From the human T2T-CHM13v2.0 reference genome, Homo sapiens, in NCBI RefSeq assembly GCF_009914755.1, contig NC_060939.1: a stretch of DNA of 64,000 nt; one strand, written 5' to 3'. Of this stretch, positions 1 to 12,105 are shown piece by piece. The notes below the pieces were generated by a model. That model made no database searches and was not told the origin of the DNA. It worked only from the letters and a program-made list of their open reading frames with translations. Positions within the stretch are counted from its first letter, which is position 1. Each line of letters starts with the position of its first letter. The position numbers and the translations under genes are program-made.

Positions 1-19
1 AGTGCTTGCTCCTGAAACA

Positions 20-270
20 GGTATAGCATGGAGGTTTAGAGTGAGGATGGTGGAGCCAGAACTGCCTGAATTGAGGTCCCACCTCTACCACTTATTAAAT
101 GTATGCTCTGGACAGCTTTCCTCGGTTTCCTCATCTGTAAAATGGAGATGCTGCTGATAATATCAATGCCTAGCTCATAAGATTATAATCAGAATTAAAG
201 TACTTAATATATACAAAGCCCTTAGGCCACTGTCTAGCACACAATTAAGCACCAATAATTGTTAACTGAT
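20..270 (+). mobile_element. MIR
   Basis: Core CCTCGGTTTCCTCATCTGTAAAATGG. Confidence 0.8.
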
Positions 271-272
271 AG

Positions 273-575
<303 letters not shown>

Positions 576-1110
576 AACAATAGTAATTTTAAATTTTATT
601 TTGATTTCCTCATTCTCCTCTGACTCCACATCTTCTCCTTGGGTAATTCCACCCATTCCTGTGACGTTGACTATCATCGTCCCTGATACCTCAATGCCAA
701 GAACTGACTTGACTGAAAGATACACCGTCGATATAGTAAATTTATTATGAGGGGTGGGGACAATCTAGCAGACTTTTGGTTGTGGCCCTTCCTAGTCATA
801 CGGTTTGATTTGCATACATGCCCTAGGGAAAAGGACATGTGAAGAAAAACTTGGGCCTTGGCCCAAGGCTCTGGGTGGTGGAAACTCTATTACCAGGACA
901 ATTAGATAGATTTGTCTCTGCTACACTTTGGGGGTGGCCCTGGGCAGAGGGAGAAGAACTCACTCTTAGATAAAAGGTGTCAGTAGCCATGGTGACCCAC
1001 CAGGACGAGCCTGAGAAAGTGGTCCAGTGTCTGGGTTATTGAGTGGCTATTCCCAGACACAAAGCTAAGAGATCTGGACATTCTTTTTCTTTCTTTTTTT
1101 TTTTTTTTTT

Positions 1111-1434
1111 GCCGTTACAAGATTTAAGAGAGTGAAAACAGATCTCCCATACAAAGGGAGGGGACCCAAAGAGGGTAGCCGTTGCCGGCTTGAATGCCTG
1201 GGTTTATATCCCGATCATTGTCCCTCCCCCATGCCCTCAGACGATAGATGATTGGCTATTTCTTAACCTCCTGTTTTTGCCTAATTAGCATTTTAGTGAG
1301 CTCTCTTTACTACCTGATTGGTTGGATGTGAGCTAAGTTACAAGCCCCATGTTTAAAGGTGGATACGGTCACCTTCCCAGCTAGGCTTAGGGATACTTAG
1401 TCAGCCTAGGAAATCCAGCTAGTCCTGTCTGTCA
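1111..1434 (-). repeat. HERV-W 3' LTR17, U3-R only, preceded by polypurine tract (1435-1446)
   Basis: PPT GAGAGGGGGGAC then TGACAGACAGG. CCAAT at 1251-1255 and 1317-1321, octamer ATGCTAAT at 1284-1291, TATAAA at 1203-1208. Confidence 0.93.
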
Positions 1435-1446
1435 GTCCCCCCTCTC

Positions 1447-1754
1447 AACAGGAAAACCCAAGTGCTGTTGGGGAGGTTGGCCGATATCCGCTCTAACTGC
1501 TTCCTGCTGAATTGGGGCATAGTAGGGGTTATGCAGTTGAGATTTCCTCGGGAGGGATGCCTTTGATGTCATTAACGCCAGAGCATGGGCTCCAGGCTGG
1601 TCCAGGGGTCCGCAGTAGATCTTAGTCATGGACTGCTTCTGGGGCTCCAATTGAAGAACCATTTGTAGTTTTACAGCTTTGATTCTGGAAGAAGCAAACT
1701 TAACAAGGAGGTTAAAGATACAGGCATTGAAATGTATGGCCTGCAGTGTAGGGG
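1447..1754 (-). pseudogene. env: HERV-W env remnant (short SU island plus TM cytoplasmic tail)
   Basis: PCIFNLLVKFASSRIKAVKLQMVLQLEPQ..SMTKIY, a syncytin-1/MSRV Env-like C-terminus. Confidence 0.9.
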
Positions 1755-4633
1755 ATTATTTCTTTGGCACACTTCACAGGCCCTGACTATCTGCTTGACA
1801 GTTTTGAAAAGACCTGGTCCAGTAAATAATGATTTGGCCATCTGATGGGTGCTATCAATGCCTAAGTGAAAGGTTTGGTGAAGGGTTTTAAGTAAGGTTC
1901 CATTGGTTAGCTGCAGGCAAAAGTATTTTTCCTTCTTCGGTGGCTAGCCATCCTGAGGGGAGGAAACTACGTCCTCATGAGGTTCCCCATTCTATTTATT
2001 CTGCTGAGTACTGGGGCTTGGTTTCCCAGAGGGGATTACCCCATACTAGGGGTCCTTCTATAAACATTTCTAATGGAGGGTCCCACTTTGTGGCTCTTTT
2101 GGCAGTTCCCTTCTATTTCCCTTTCCTTTCCTTTCTGATGACCCCAGCAGTGTAAGACTGCCTCCTCTTTAGGTTTCTATACAGCCAATAATAATAACCT
2201 CCTAATGGCTTCCTGATGTTTGATAGGTGTTCCCTCGGAAGTTAGGAGTTCCCTTTCTCTCCATATTGCTGCGTGGACGTGGAGGGCTAGGTAAGCATAC
2301 TCAGAGTCTGTATATATACTTACCTTTTTTCCTTCTAATTCTAGTGCCCGAGTGAGGGCTATTAGTTCTGCCAGCTGAGCGCTAGTTCCTGGAGTGAGAG
2401 GATTACTTTCAAGTATTCCATTATTACTGACCACTGCATACCCCACTTTTCCAAGTCCTTTTTCTACAAAGGAACTCCCATCAGTATACAAGTTGAGGTC
2501 AGGATCAGTCAAGGGAACCTCTAGAAGTTCCCCTCGAGTGGTGTAGGTTTGAGCAATCACCTGTTGACAGTTATGTTCTATCTTTTCTTCATTGTCTGGA
2601 AGAAATGTTCCTGGGTTAAGAGTTGCACAAGTGCAGGCCGCGCACAGTGGCTTATGCCTGTAATCCCAGCACTTTGGGAGGCAAAGGCAGGCAGATCACA
2701 AGGTCAGGAGATCTAGACCATCCTGGCTAACACGGTGAAATCCCGTCTCTACTAAAAATACAAAAAATTAGCCAGGCATGGTGGCGGGCGCGTGTAGTCC
2801 CGGCTACTTGGGAGGCTGAGGCAGGAGAATGGCGTGAACCTGGGAGGCGGAGCTTGCAGTGAGCCAAGATCGTGTCACTGCGCTCCAGCCTGGGTGACAG
2901 AGCTAGATTCTGTCTCAAAAAAAAAAAAAAAAGAGTTGCACAAGTGCACAGTCGCAGCACTGGCCCTTCAAGTAATAGAGCCTGATATTTAAGCAAATGG
3001 TTGTCTGACAGCCACAAGTCTCCTTTAGCAGTGAGTATATCATTTACATCATGAGATGTCCACACAGTAAGATCTCTTCCCTGTATTATTTTAACTGCTT
3101 CGGATACTAAGATTGCTACTGCTGCCACTACCCAAAAACAGTGAGGCCAACTCTTTGCCACTCCATCAATTTCCTTACTCAGGTGTGCCATGGGTTGCAA
3201 GCTGGTCCCTCGGACCTGTGTAAGGACTCCTAGAGCTATTCCTGTTTTTTCTGTGACATATAAAGAAAAGTCTTGCCCCATTGGCAAGCTTAATGCTAGG
3301 GCTTGGGTTAGGGCCTGGAAAGCCGCTTCTGCTTCAGGTGTCCATCTTACTAAATGGGTATAGGTTGTCTGAGTTTCCATAATTAGTGTATATAATGGCC
3401 TGGCTATTTCACTGTGCCTGGGAATCCATATTCGGCAGAAGCCTGTTATGCCAAGGAACCCTCTTAGTTGCTTTAGGGTTTTGGGATGAGGATAAGCCAG
3501 TATAGGCTGGAAACGTTCCTCACTGAGGGCCCTGGTGCCTTTGGATAATTTTAGCCCTAAGTATTTAACCTGCTGTGAGCAGAGCTGAGCCTTTGGTTTG
3601 GAAACCTTGTGGCCACAGGTAGCGAGGAAATTTAAGAGCGCTTGGGTGGCTTGATGGCACAAGGTTTTTGAACGGGCAGCTAAAAATAAATCATCCATGT
3701 ACCGAAGGACAAGAGTGTCCAGGTATGAGAACTGGCTCAAGTCTTGGGCTAGTGCCTGGCCAAATAGATGGGGGCTATCCCTGAACCCTTGGGGTAAAAC
3801 AGTCCAGGTGAGTTGAGACATTAGGTTCGAAGGATCTTCAAAGGCAAACAAGAATTGAGAGTCAGGATGTACAGGGATGCAGAAAAAGGTATCCTTAAGG
3901 TCCAGGACTGTAAACCACTCTGCTTCCTCTGGTATTTAGGAAAGCAGAGTATAAGGGTTAGGTACAACTGGGTATAGAGGGACAATGGCCTCATTGATAA
4001 TCCTGAGATCTTGCACTAACCTCCACTGTCCATTGGGTTTCTGTACTCCTAAAACTGGAGTATTGCAGGAGGTATTCCATGGTTTTACTAGGCCTTGGGC
4101 TTTTAGGTCCTTAACAATCTTTTGGAGTCCTTGTTGGGCCTCGGGTCTAAGGGGGTACTGCCTTTGGTAGGGAAAGGAGGTGGAATTATTTAACTTGAAC
4201 AGGATGGGCATTCTTTGCTCATCCACATTGCCCTTCTGTTGCCCAGACTTCAGGATTAATTCCTTCCTCAAGCAGGGGACAACAAATGGGTGTTCCTTCT
4301 CCTATATTCAGGTGTATAATGGCCCCTGCTTTTGCTAGAATGTCTCTCCCTAACAAGGGAGTGGGGCTTTCAGGCATAATTAGAAAAGCATGTGAAAAGA
4401 ATAAAGTTTCCCCAGTCACAACTTAGTGGCTGGGAGAAGTATCTAGTGACTGGCTGTCCTAGGACCCCTTGGATAGTGACAGATCTGGAGGACAGTTGTC
4501 CGGGACAGGAGAGTAAGACTGAGAAGGCCGGTTCAGTGTCCAGGAGACAGTTAACCTCCTGGCCCTCAATGATCAAGCATACCCAGGGCTCTGTGAGGGT
4601 GATGGCATGGGCTGGTGCTTGCCCCGGGCACCC
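1755..4633 (-). pseudogene. pol: HERV-W pro-pol (PR, RT, RNase H, N-terminal integrase), disrupted and interrupted by AluY
   Basis: LLDTEPAFSVL (degenerate DTG), [28 protein letters not shown], RNase H LYTDGSS/SAQLAELIAL/IYTDS, integrase zinc finger ACEVCQRNNP near 1755-1785. Confidence 0.95.
2636..2930 (+). mobile_element. AluY inserted in HERV-W pol
   Basis: AluY diagnostics GCTAACACGG, AATGGCGTGAACC, GCGGAGCTTG. Perfect 18-bp TSD AAGAGTTGCACAAGTGCA at 2618-2635 and 2931-2948. Confidence 0.96.
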
Positions 4634-6095
4634 TCTGTCCTGCTGCTGGATCATCTGGTTAGTGGCTTCTGACTCAGAGGACCTTCGTCCCCTGGGACAG
4701 TGGGCCTTCCAGTGATTCCCTTGACATAAGGGGCATGGACGAGGGGGCAGATTATTTCTATTCGGACAATCTTTTTTAAAGTGTCCTTGTAGACCACACT
4801 GGAAGCAAGCCCTATTAGGCATTTGATTTGCCCAGCTTTTCCCTTTCCCAGAGCCTCCAAAGTCCGCTTGCCTGAGGGTCATGACTAAAGTGGTGGCCTT
4901 TTGTTTTAATCCTGTTTGTCCCATTCCGCCTGCTCCTCCTGATCTCTATTATAAAAAACCAAGGTTGCCAAGTGCAATAGGGTTTCTAAGTTTTGCTCCG
5001 GGCCTAAGGCGGACTTTTGAAGTTTTTTTCTAATGTCTGTAGCTGACTGAGTGATACACTTATCCTTTAGGATTAGTTGGCCTTCAGTAGAGTCAGGTGA
5101 CAGAGAGGTATGCTTCCTCAGTGCCTCCCTTAGTCTCTCCAGAAAGGCAGTAGGATTTTCTTCCTTTCTCTGTGTTATAATGGACATCATTGAATAATTC
5201 ATAGGCTTCTTCCTAGTTTTCCTTAGTCCTTCTAGCACGCAAGTTAGCAAATGTCTGAGGCACCAATCTCCATGTTCTGATTTTGCATCCCAGTGAGGGT
5301 CTACACTGAGAACTGCCTGCTGGCCTGTGGGGAATTTTTCTCTTTCTTCTGTTGTCATCCTATCATTGACCTGACTGAGATACCAGAGATCGCCAAACTC
5401 TCAGGCTGCAGTTATGGCGGCACTTCTCTCATTTGGAGCTAGTGTCTGATTTAGCAGTAACATTATATCTCTCCATGTCAGATCAAAGGACTGTCTTAAC
5501 CCTCGTAAAATATCAATATAGCCATCAGGGTTATCAGAGAATTTACCTAGGTCTATTTTAATTTGCTTCAAGTCTGAGAAGGAAAAAGGTACATGCATTC
5601 TGGCTGGGCTGAATTCTCCTCCTTCCACTGCTTGGAGGGGGCATAATTGGGGAATATTGGTACTCTTTGGTTTGTTGTTTACCCCTTTGTCTATCTCCTT
5701 TTGGACCGTTTGGGTTGAAGGGGGATTCTTATTAGTTGGGAAAGGAGTCGGGGTGGGGGGCCACTGGGGTAGGGAGGTAGACTCTGAGGGCTTCCTGTAG
5801 GGCATAAATCACACTTTTTACATAATTGCGAGTTGTCTCTTAATGAAAAGAAAGTTTGTACATACAGCACTTCACTCCATTTGCCTTCTTTTCTACAAAA
5901 CAGGTCTAGCTGTAAGATGGTGTTGTAATTTATACTTCCCTCAGGAGGCCAGGCTTCCCCCCTTGAAGCGGATATCTGACCAGGCGGTACTGCAGAAGAA
6001 TATAAGTCGTTTCTTAGCATCTGAGGGTCAAATTGGTCCCAATTCTCCAGAATACATCTTAGGGGCGTTTTTGCCTTAGGGGGAATGTTTCCCAT
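4634..6095 (-). pseudogene. gag: HERV-W gag, frameshifted (MA, CA with MHR, NC with two Zn knuckles)
   Basis: ORF pieces 5691-6134 (MGNIPPKAKTPLRCIL), 5401-5805, 4906-5358 (ITQRKEENPTAFLERLREAL), 4370-4924 (CFQCGLQGHFKKDC and CPLCQGNHWKAHC). Confidence 0.95.
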
Positions 6096-7195
6096 CTGAA
6101 AAAAGAACATAGGAATGCCAGCAGCCCTAGTCATTTTCTGATGAGCATTAGTCCTAGAGCGTCCTCTGTGGTCCTAATGTTTATTCCTTTCCAGGGTGCG
6201 TAACCACCCGTGGACTTCTGCTTGTCGGATTAGTTACGCTCACCGATGTAGCAGTCCTGCACCTGTTTTCCCGCCTTTCTTGACCACAAAGAAAGGGGTG
6301 CGGACTGCTGGATTCTAGTGGTCCTTTACCAGCATACCCGACATTGCCTTTGTGCTCAGAGGTGAGTTCTAGAGCTGGGCTGGGTTCTTGAATATTTCAT
6401 AGCAACCCAGTTGCCCCATCAAGATGCATTCCCATAAACAACAGTTGTTATGCAAATTCACTTCAGAGAGGGTGTAGGTAACCTTTTGAGTCAGGATTGA
6501 GATAGAGTTTTTTGATTCTGTAAGTACTTTAAGGCTTGGCTGAGTCCAAACAACTCTCACGTTTGAGCAGAAAAATTATTAGGCAATTCTCCTAACTCTG
6601 CTTCCACAAGAGTCTCCCTATCAGTTACTGAATACCCATTGTGAGTTTTTTTTCAATCACCTGGGAGGAACCATCTATCATCCTGTCCTGAAGGGAGTTC
6701 CTCCTAGGTCTGGTCGGATCTTTGTATGGTAATTAAGATTTAAATCCCCTGTTAGGAAATTTGCTGGGTTAAGGGAATTTTCGGTGGTTAATGTTAAATC
6801 AACTTTTTCTAACAGAAGAGCCCGATACTTTAAGCTTTTAGTTAGTAAGCTACCTTTTTGCTTTTTTGACTTAGGATAATTCTGAACTGGTGAGGTGTGC
6901 TCACAATGAGGTTTCCTCTAAAGGTTATTTTTCTACTTTCTTCTGTTAGCAAAGCAGTTGCTGCTACAGATTGAACGCATTTGGGCCATCCATTGGTTAC
7001 TGAGTTAAGGATTTTTGATAGGAAGGCTACAGGTGGTCAGTGGTCTCAGTGTTTTCAGGCTACACCCTTGTTTACACTGACAACAAGGTAGTATTGGAGT
7101 ATTATAGGGTCACGGAGAAGACCTTCAATTATCAATTATAGGTTTTAAATTTACCCTGGCTTTTAAAGGATTAGGGCACACTGTTTTTTCTTTAC

Positions 7196-7302
7196 TACTT
7201 CTATCTTTCTCTTTCTCTCTTTGACTCCCTCTTTGTCTCTCTCTCTCTTTCTCTCCCCTCTGTCTCTCCCCTCTGTCTCTCTCTGTTTCTCTGTCTTTTC
7301 TC
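7196..7302. repeat. CT/AG-rich low-complexity tract in the HERV-W leader
   Basis: (CT)n and CTCTGT repeats. Confidence 0.85.
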
Positions 7303-7985
7303 CTAGCCCTTTACAAACTTGGGGCCCTGGCAAGGGTAGAAGGGAATGGGTCCCACATAACTGCCCATGTCGAGAGCTGTATGCCTAAATTGGGAGAGAC
7401 ACCAGAGACAAGATTCTCTGGGTCCATAGCCTAGGGGCCTAAGGACTCAGCGTAGAGCTTCCTTAGATCCCTTTGGAGATACAACTTGCTAGAGGAAATG
7501 AAAGTCTGAACCATTAGTACCCAGGAGGCAGGGATCGGAGGAAGTAGATTCAGAGGTAAGGAGAATTTTGGGGCTACACTTTCAAGAACGTCATGGTCGG
7601 ATCCAGGAATTATGGGTCAGAAGGAAAGGTAGGGGTGAACGCATGGGCGACTGTTGAGTAGAGACTTCTGGCTGCACCATGATCTCAACCAGCTAACATC
7701 GGGAGTTTGGGACGACAGCTTTTTACCTCTAGTCGGCCCTCTGCTTCCCCGGGAGAATTGAAAGCGGAAGCTGCTTCAAGGCAGACCAACATACCCAACC
7801 CAGAAGGGTTGGGGGGTTGTTAGAAAGCCCTTTCCCAGACAGCCTCACACCTGAGTCTTAATTCTGGCGGCCACGCTAATCATTTTTAACCGGCCAACAG
7901 GTGCCCAGTATTTTCCTCCAATTCTAAGGAAGGATAAGACAGAATAGCAAGCAAAAGTGGTCCAATATTACTCAGTGCTTTGGAG

Positions 7986-8003
7986 ATCCCTTCGTGGTTG
8001 CCA
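7986..8003 (-). promoter_or_regulatory. Primer binding site TGGCAACCACGAAGGGAT (Arg/Trp-type)
   Basis: TGG-starting 18-mer 3 nt downstream of the U5 end. Confidence 0.85.
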
Positions 8004-8006
8004 AAA

Positions 8007-8510
8007 TGTTACGGGGAGGTCCTTGCTCCCAGAGCTCCCAAGATGGTGGCGGGCCGCTTCCAAGATGGCGGCAAGCCTCTTGTTCTCTGACCCGGGGTTC
8101 TTGGCCTCATGGATTCCAAGGAATGGAACCTTGGGCCATGCAGTGAGTGTTATAGCTCTATTAGAAGCCGTGGGTCATGGAAGAGAACCGTGGAACCCAG
8201 CGACTAGTGTTCGGCTCGATTAGGATGAACCCAGGTACTTAGCCGTGCAGGAACAATGGCAAGCTTTTAGCCCAATCAGGAGCGGCAATGGGCGCCTTGC
8301 TGGATCAGGAGCACAGCGGACGCCCTGCTGGATCCGGAGGGGTGGAAGTCAGTGGTGGGTCTGCAACAGTGGCAAACAGCAGTGCTGGATGGTGAGAAAA
8401 GCTCAGCTTGAGCAGTAACAAACATGGACCAGAAGAGTGTGCAGTTGCAAGATTTAATAGATTGAAAACAGAGCTCCCATACAAAGGGAGGGGACCCAAA
8501 GAGGGTAGCC
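8007..8510 (-). repeat. HERV-W 5' LTR17, R-U5 only
   Basis: 8441-8510 matches 1111-1180 at 65/70. U5 ends ...CCCCGTAACA just before the PBS. ATTAAA at 8453-8458. Confidence 0.93.
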
Positions 8511-8619
8511 CGACATTTTCTTTTAACAGAGTTCTGCAGCAGTATAACTGCTCTTAGGGAGCTCACTAGGAATCCCACTATAAGTGCATGTGGAGAGAGA
8601 CCTGTGGACAAGGGATGTG

Positions 8620-9800
8620 AGTTGTGCTGACAGGTAGGCATGTCAACACTATTGCTGGAGGCAGCTCTTCAGCACTGTAGTTCCACTCAGGATGCCCCCT
8701 GAAGGGCAGGGGGTGAAGGGAAACCCTCCCAGGGACAGAACTTTGAGCAGGGCACCTGGTGTTTATCTTGCCTGGAAGAAAAGATAACTAAAGGATTGGA
8801 TTAGGTCTATGTTGATTTATGGACAGAGGCTAATAATTGTTTGGTCAGGGACTTGGAGGAAATGCAACTGGAAATTTGATGACAGGGAGGTATGGAAAGG
8901 AGATATTTAGACGGACCTCTCCAAATGGACTCAAAGGTAAAGATATTTGTATTCCAAGTGAATGCTTAGCAAAGAGCAATCTCAGCAAGCATGACCTTAA
9001 TAATCAAGTGGGCAAGATGACCCATTCTGTAAATGTCGGTGGACTCATAAACAGCATTCAAAACCTCAATTCATGCTATTGTGCCTACAGCTCATATCCA
9101 GCATGGAATGAGGTTTTGCATGGGCCCAGCAACATGGACTTCCATTTATCAAAAGCAATCTGGTTACAATCACTGCCGAATACCCAACCTACCTACGAAT
9201 AGCAGAGACCAACATGGAGCCCCCAACATAGCACTACTCTCTAAAGGGACCAGCCAACACCTGGTGGCAGGTTGACTAGGTTGGACCACTTCTAGTGGAG
9301 GCAGTAGCCCTTTTTATCACTGGACTAGATATGTTTTATGGATGTGAGTTTGCCTTCCCTGCCCACAATGCCCCTGCCCCCATCACCATCCATGGACAGA
9401 ATATCTTATTTACTGTCATGGTATTCCACACAGCATTGCTTCTGACCAGGGAACTCATTTCACAGCTAATGAGGTGCATCCATGGGCTTGTGCTCATGTA
9501 AGTCACTGGCCTTAAGCATCCACCTAATAGAACAGAGGAACAGCCATTTGAAGACTTCGTTATGGTGCCAGTTGCGGGGAGCTTTTTGCAGGACTTGGGT
9601 AATGTCTTTTGAGGTGCAATACGTTTACTGAATCTCAGTATATGGTGCAGTTTCCTCTGTGGTCAAAACTCAGAGGGTGCAGACAGACTTCAAGAGGTAG
9701 AAATGGCAGTGGCTCCCCTCACTGCTATTCCTAATGACCCACATTTTTTTCCTGCCCCTGCAACTTTGGGATTCTCTGGTTTGGAGGTCTTAGTTCTCAT
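8620..9800 (+). mobile_element. Ancient ERVL-class (HERV16/ERVL-E-like) internal pol fragment (RNase H-integrase)
   Basis: Degenerate motifs NNQVGKMT, WQVD*VGPL (near 9265-9292), ITGLDMFYGCEFAFPA. Confidence 0.8.
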
Positions 9801-10310
9801 GGAATTTACAGAAAGAGAAATACAAATGGGTAAGACACATGTGCAAAAATGATCAACTCACAAGTAATCAAATAAATGCAAGTTAAAACAATAAATATCA
9901 CTTTACCTCTTACATTCGTAATGATAAATGGTAATATCTAATGTTGATATTGGTGAGGATAAACAGATTTTCTTGTATGCTCTTTCTAGAGAAAAATATA
10001 TTCCAAAGGTCTTAAAATGTGCATCTCTTTGATCAAGTGATTCTACCTTTGGGAATTTAGTTTAGTGGCTCCAGTCTGGTTTAAAGCCCAGTTTTTGGAA
10101 CCAGACCAACCTGGGTATGAGTTCTGTCTCTGACAAATACAGCTGTGTTCATTGGGTAAGCTGGATCTCTTCCAGATAAAGTAGAATACACACCAAATAT
10201 ATGGTAGCTATTATCATCACCTTTAGCAAAAAATTATCGGTGTTCCCAAAGAATTAGCCACATGGATGTTCATCATAGTATTGTTTTTAATAGTAAAAAC
10301 TTGGAAACCA

Positions 10311-10612
10311 GCTGGGCATGGTGGCTCACGCCTGTAATCTCAGCACTTTGGGAAGCTAAGGCAGGTAGATCACTTGAGGTCAGGTGTTTGAGACCAGCCT
10401 GGCCAATATAGTGAAACCCTGTCTTTACTAAAAATACAAAAATTAACCAGGCTACTACAAAAATCAGTCCCTGTAGTCCCAGCTACTTAGGAGGCTGAGG
10501 CATGAGAATCACTTGAACCTAAGAGGCGAAGGCTGCAGTGAGCTGAAATCATACCACTGCTTTCTAGCCTGGGTGACAGAGCAAGACTCTGTCTCAAAAA
10601 AAAATAAAAAAA
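10311..10612 (+). mobile_element. AluS
   Basis: Dimeric Alu with an aberrant segment after the linker. Confidence 0.9.
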
Positions 10613-10653
10613 ATTGGAAGCCACCTAAATATTCATTAATTGAAGATCACCTA

Positions 10654-11108
<455 letters not shown>

Positions 11109-11425
11109 TCATTTTAATGTTTTTTAAAAGTTATATGTTATGCATAAAACTAATGCTTGCATGATGTAAAATATAGTGGACATAGTTATTATTCTGTTTG
11201 AGAGACAGGAAATTAGATGATTTTCATTTTCTCCTTCGACTACTCCATATTCTCCACATTTATTTTGGAAATAACTACGTATTGCATTTGTAATGTTAAA
11301 AAAAAAAAACTCCCCCCTCAAACCAGTGTGGGTTTAAAGATGTCAACGTTTATTTTAGATTCAGTGGGTACATGTGCAGGATTGTTACAAGCATATATTG
11401 CATGGTGCTGAGATTTGGGGTATGA

Positions 11426-11781
<356 letters not shown>

Positions 11782-11928
11782 TATTGCTCCCATCTTTATG
11801 TCCATGTGTACCTAATGTTTAGCTCCCACTTACAAGTGAGAACATGCAGTATTGGGTTTTCTGTTTCTGCGTTAATTTCCTTAGGATAATGGCCTCCAGC
11901 TATACCCATGTTGTAGCAAAAGACATGA

Positions 11929-12105
<177 letters not shown>

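Larger units (their letters stand above)
1083..8510 (-). mobile_element. HERV-W (HERV17/LTR17) L1-processed pseudogene: R-U5-gag-pro-pol-(deleted IN/env)-U3-R-polyA
   Basis: 5' LTR begins at R (8510) with no U3. 3' LTR ends at R (1111) followed by polyA (T-run 1083-1110). TSD GACATT(..)TTTT at 1077 and 8512-8524, L1 EN site TTTT/AA at 8521-8526. Gag/Pol/Env fragments are HERV-W/MSRV-like. Confidence 0.97.

Noticed and set aside
3690-3701. YMDD (HIV/HBV-like) instead of YVDD
   Set aside because: Explained by one CpG transition (TACGTG to TACATG) in a dead copy.
2727-3851. 374-aa ORF as a functional reverse transcriptase or novel RT-Alu fusion
   Set aside because: It lacks the RT N-terminus and a true ATG, upstream pol is frameshifted, and the C-terminus is read-through into an antisense AluY.
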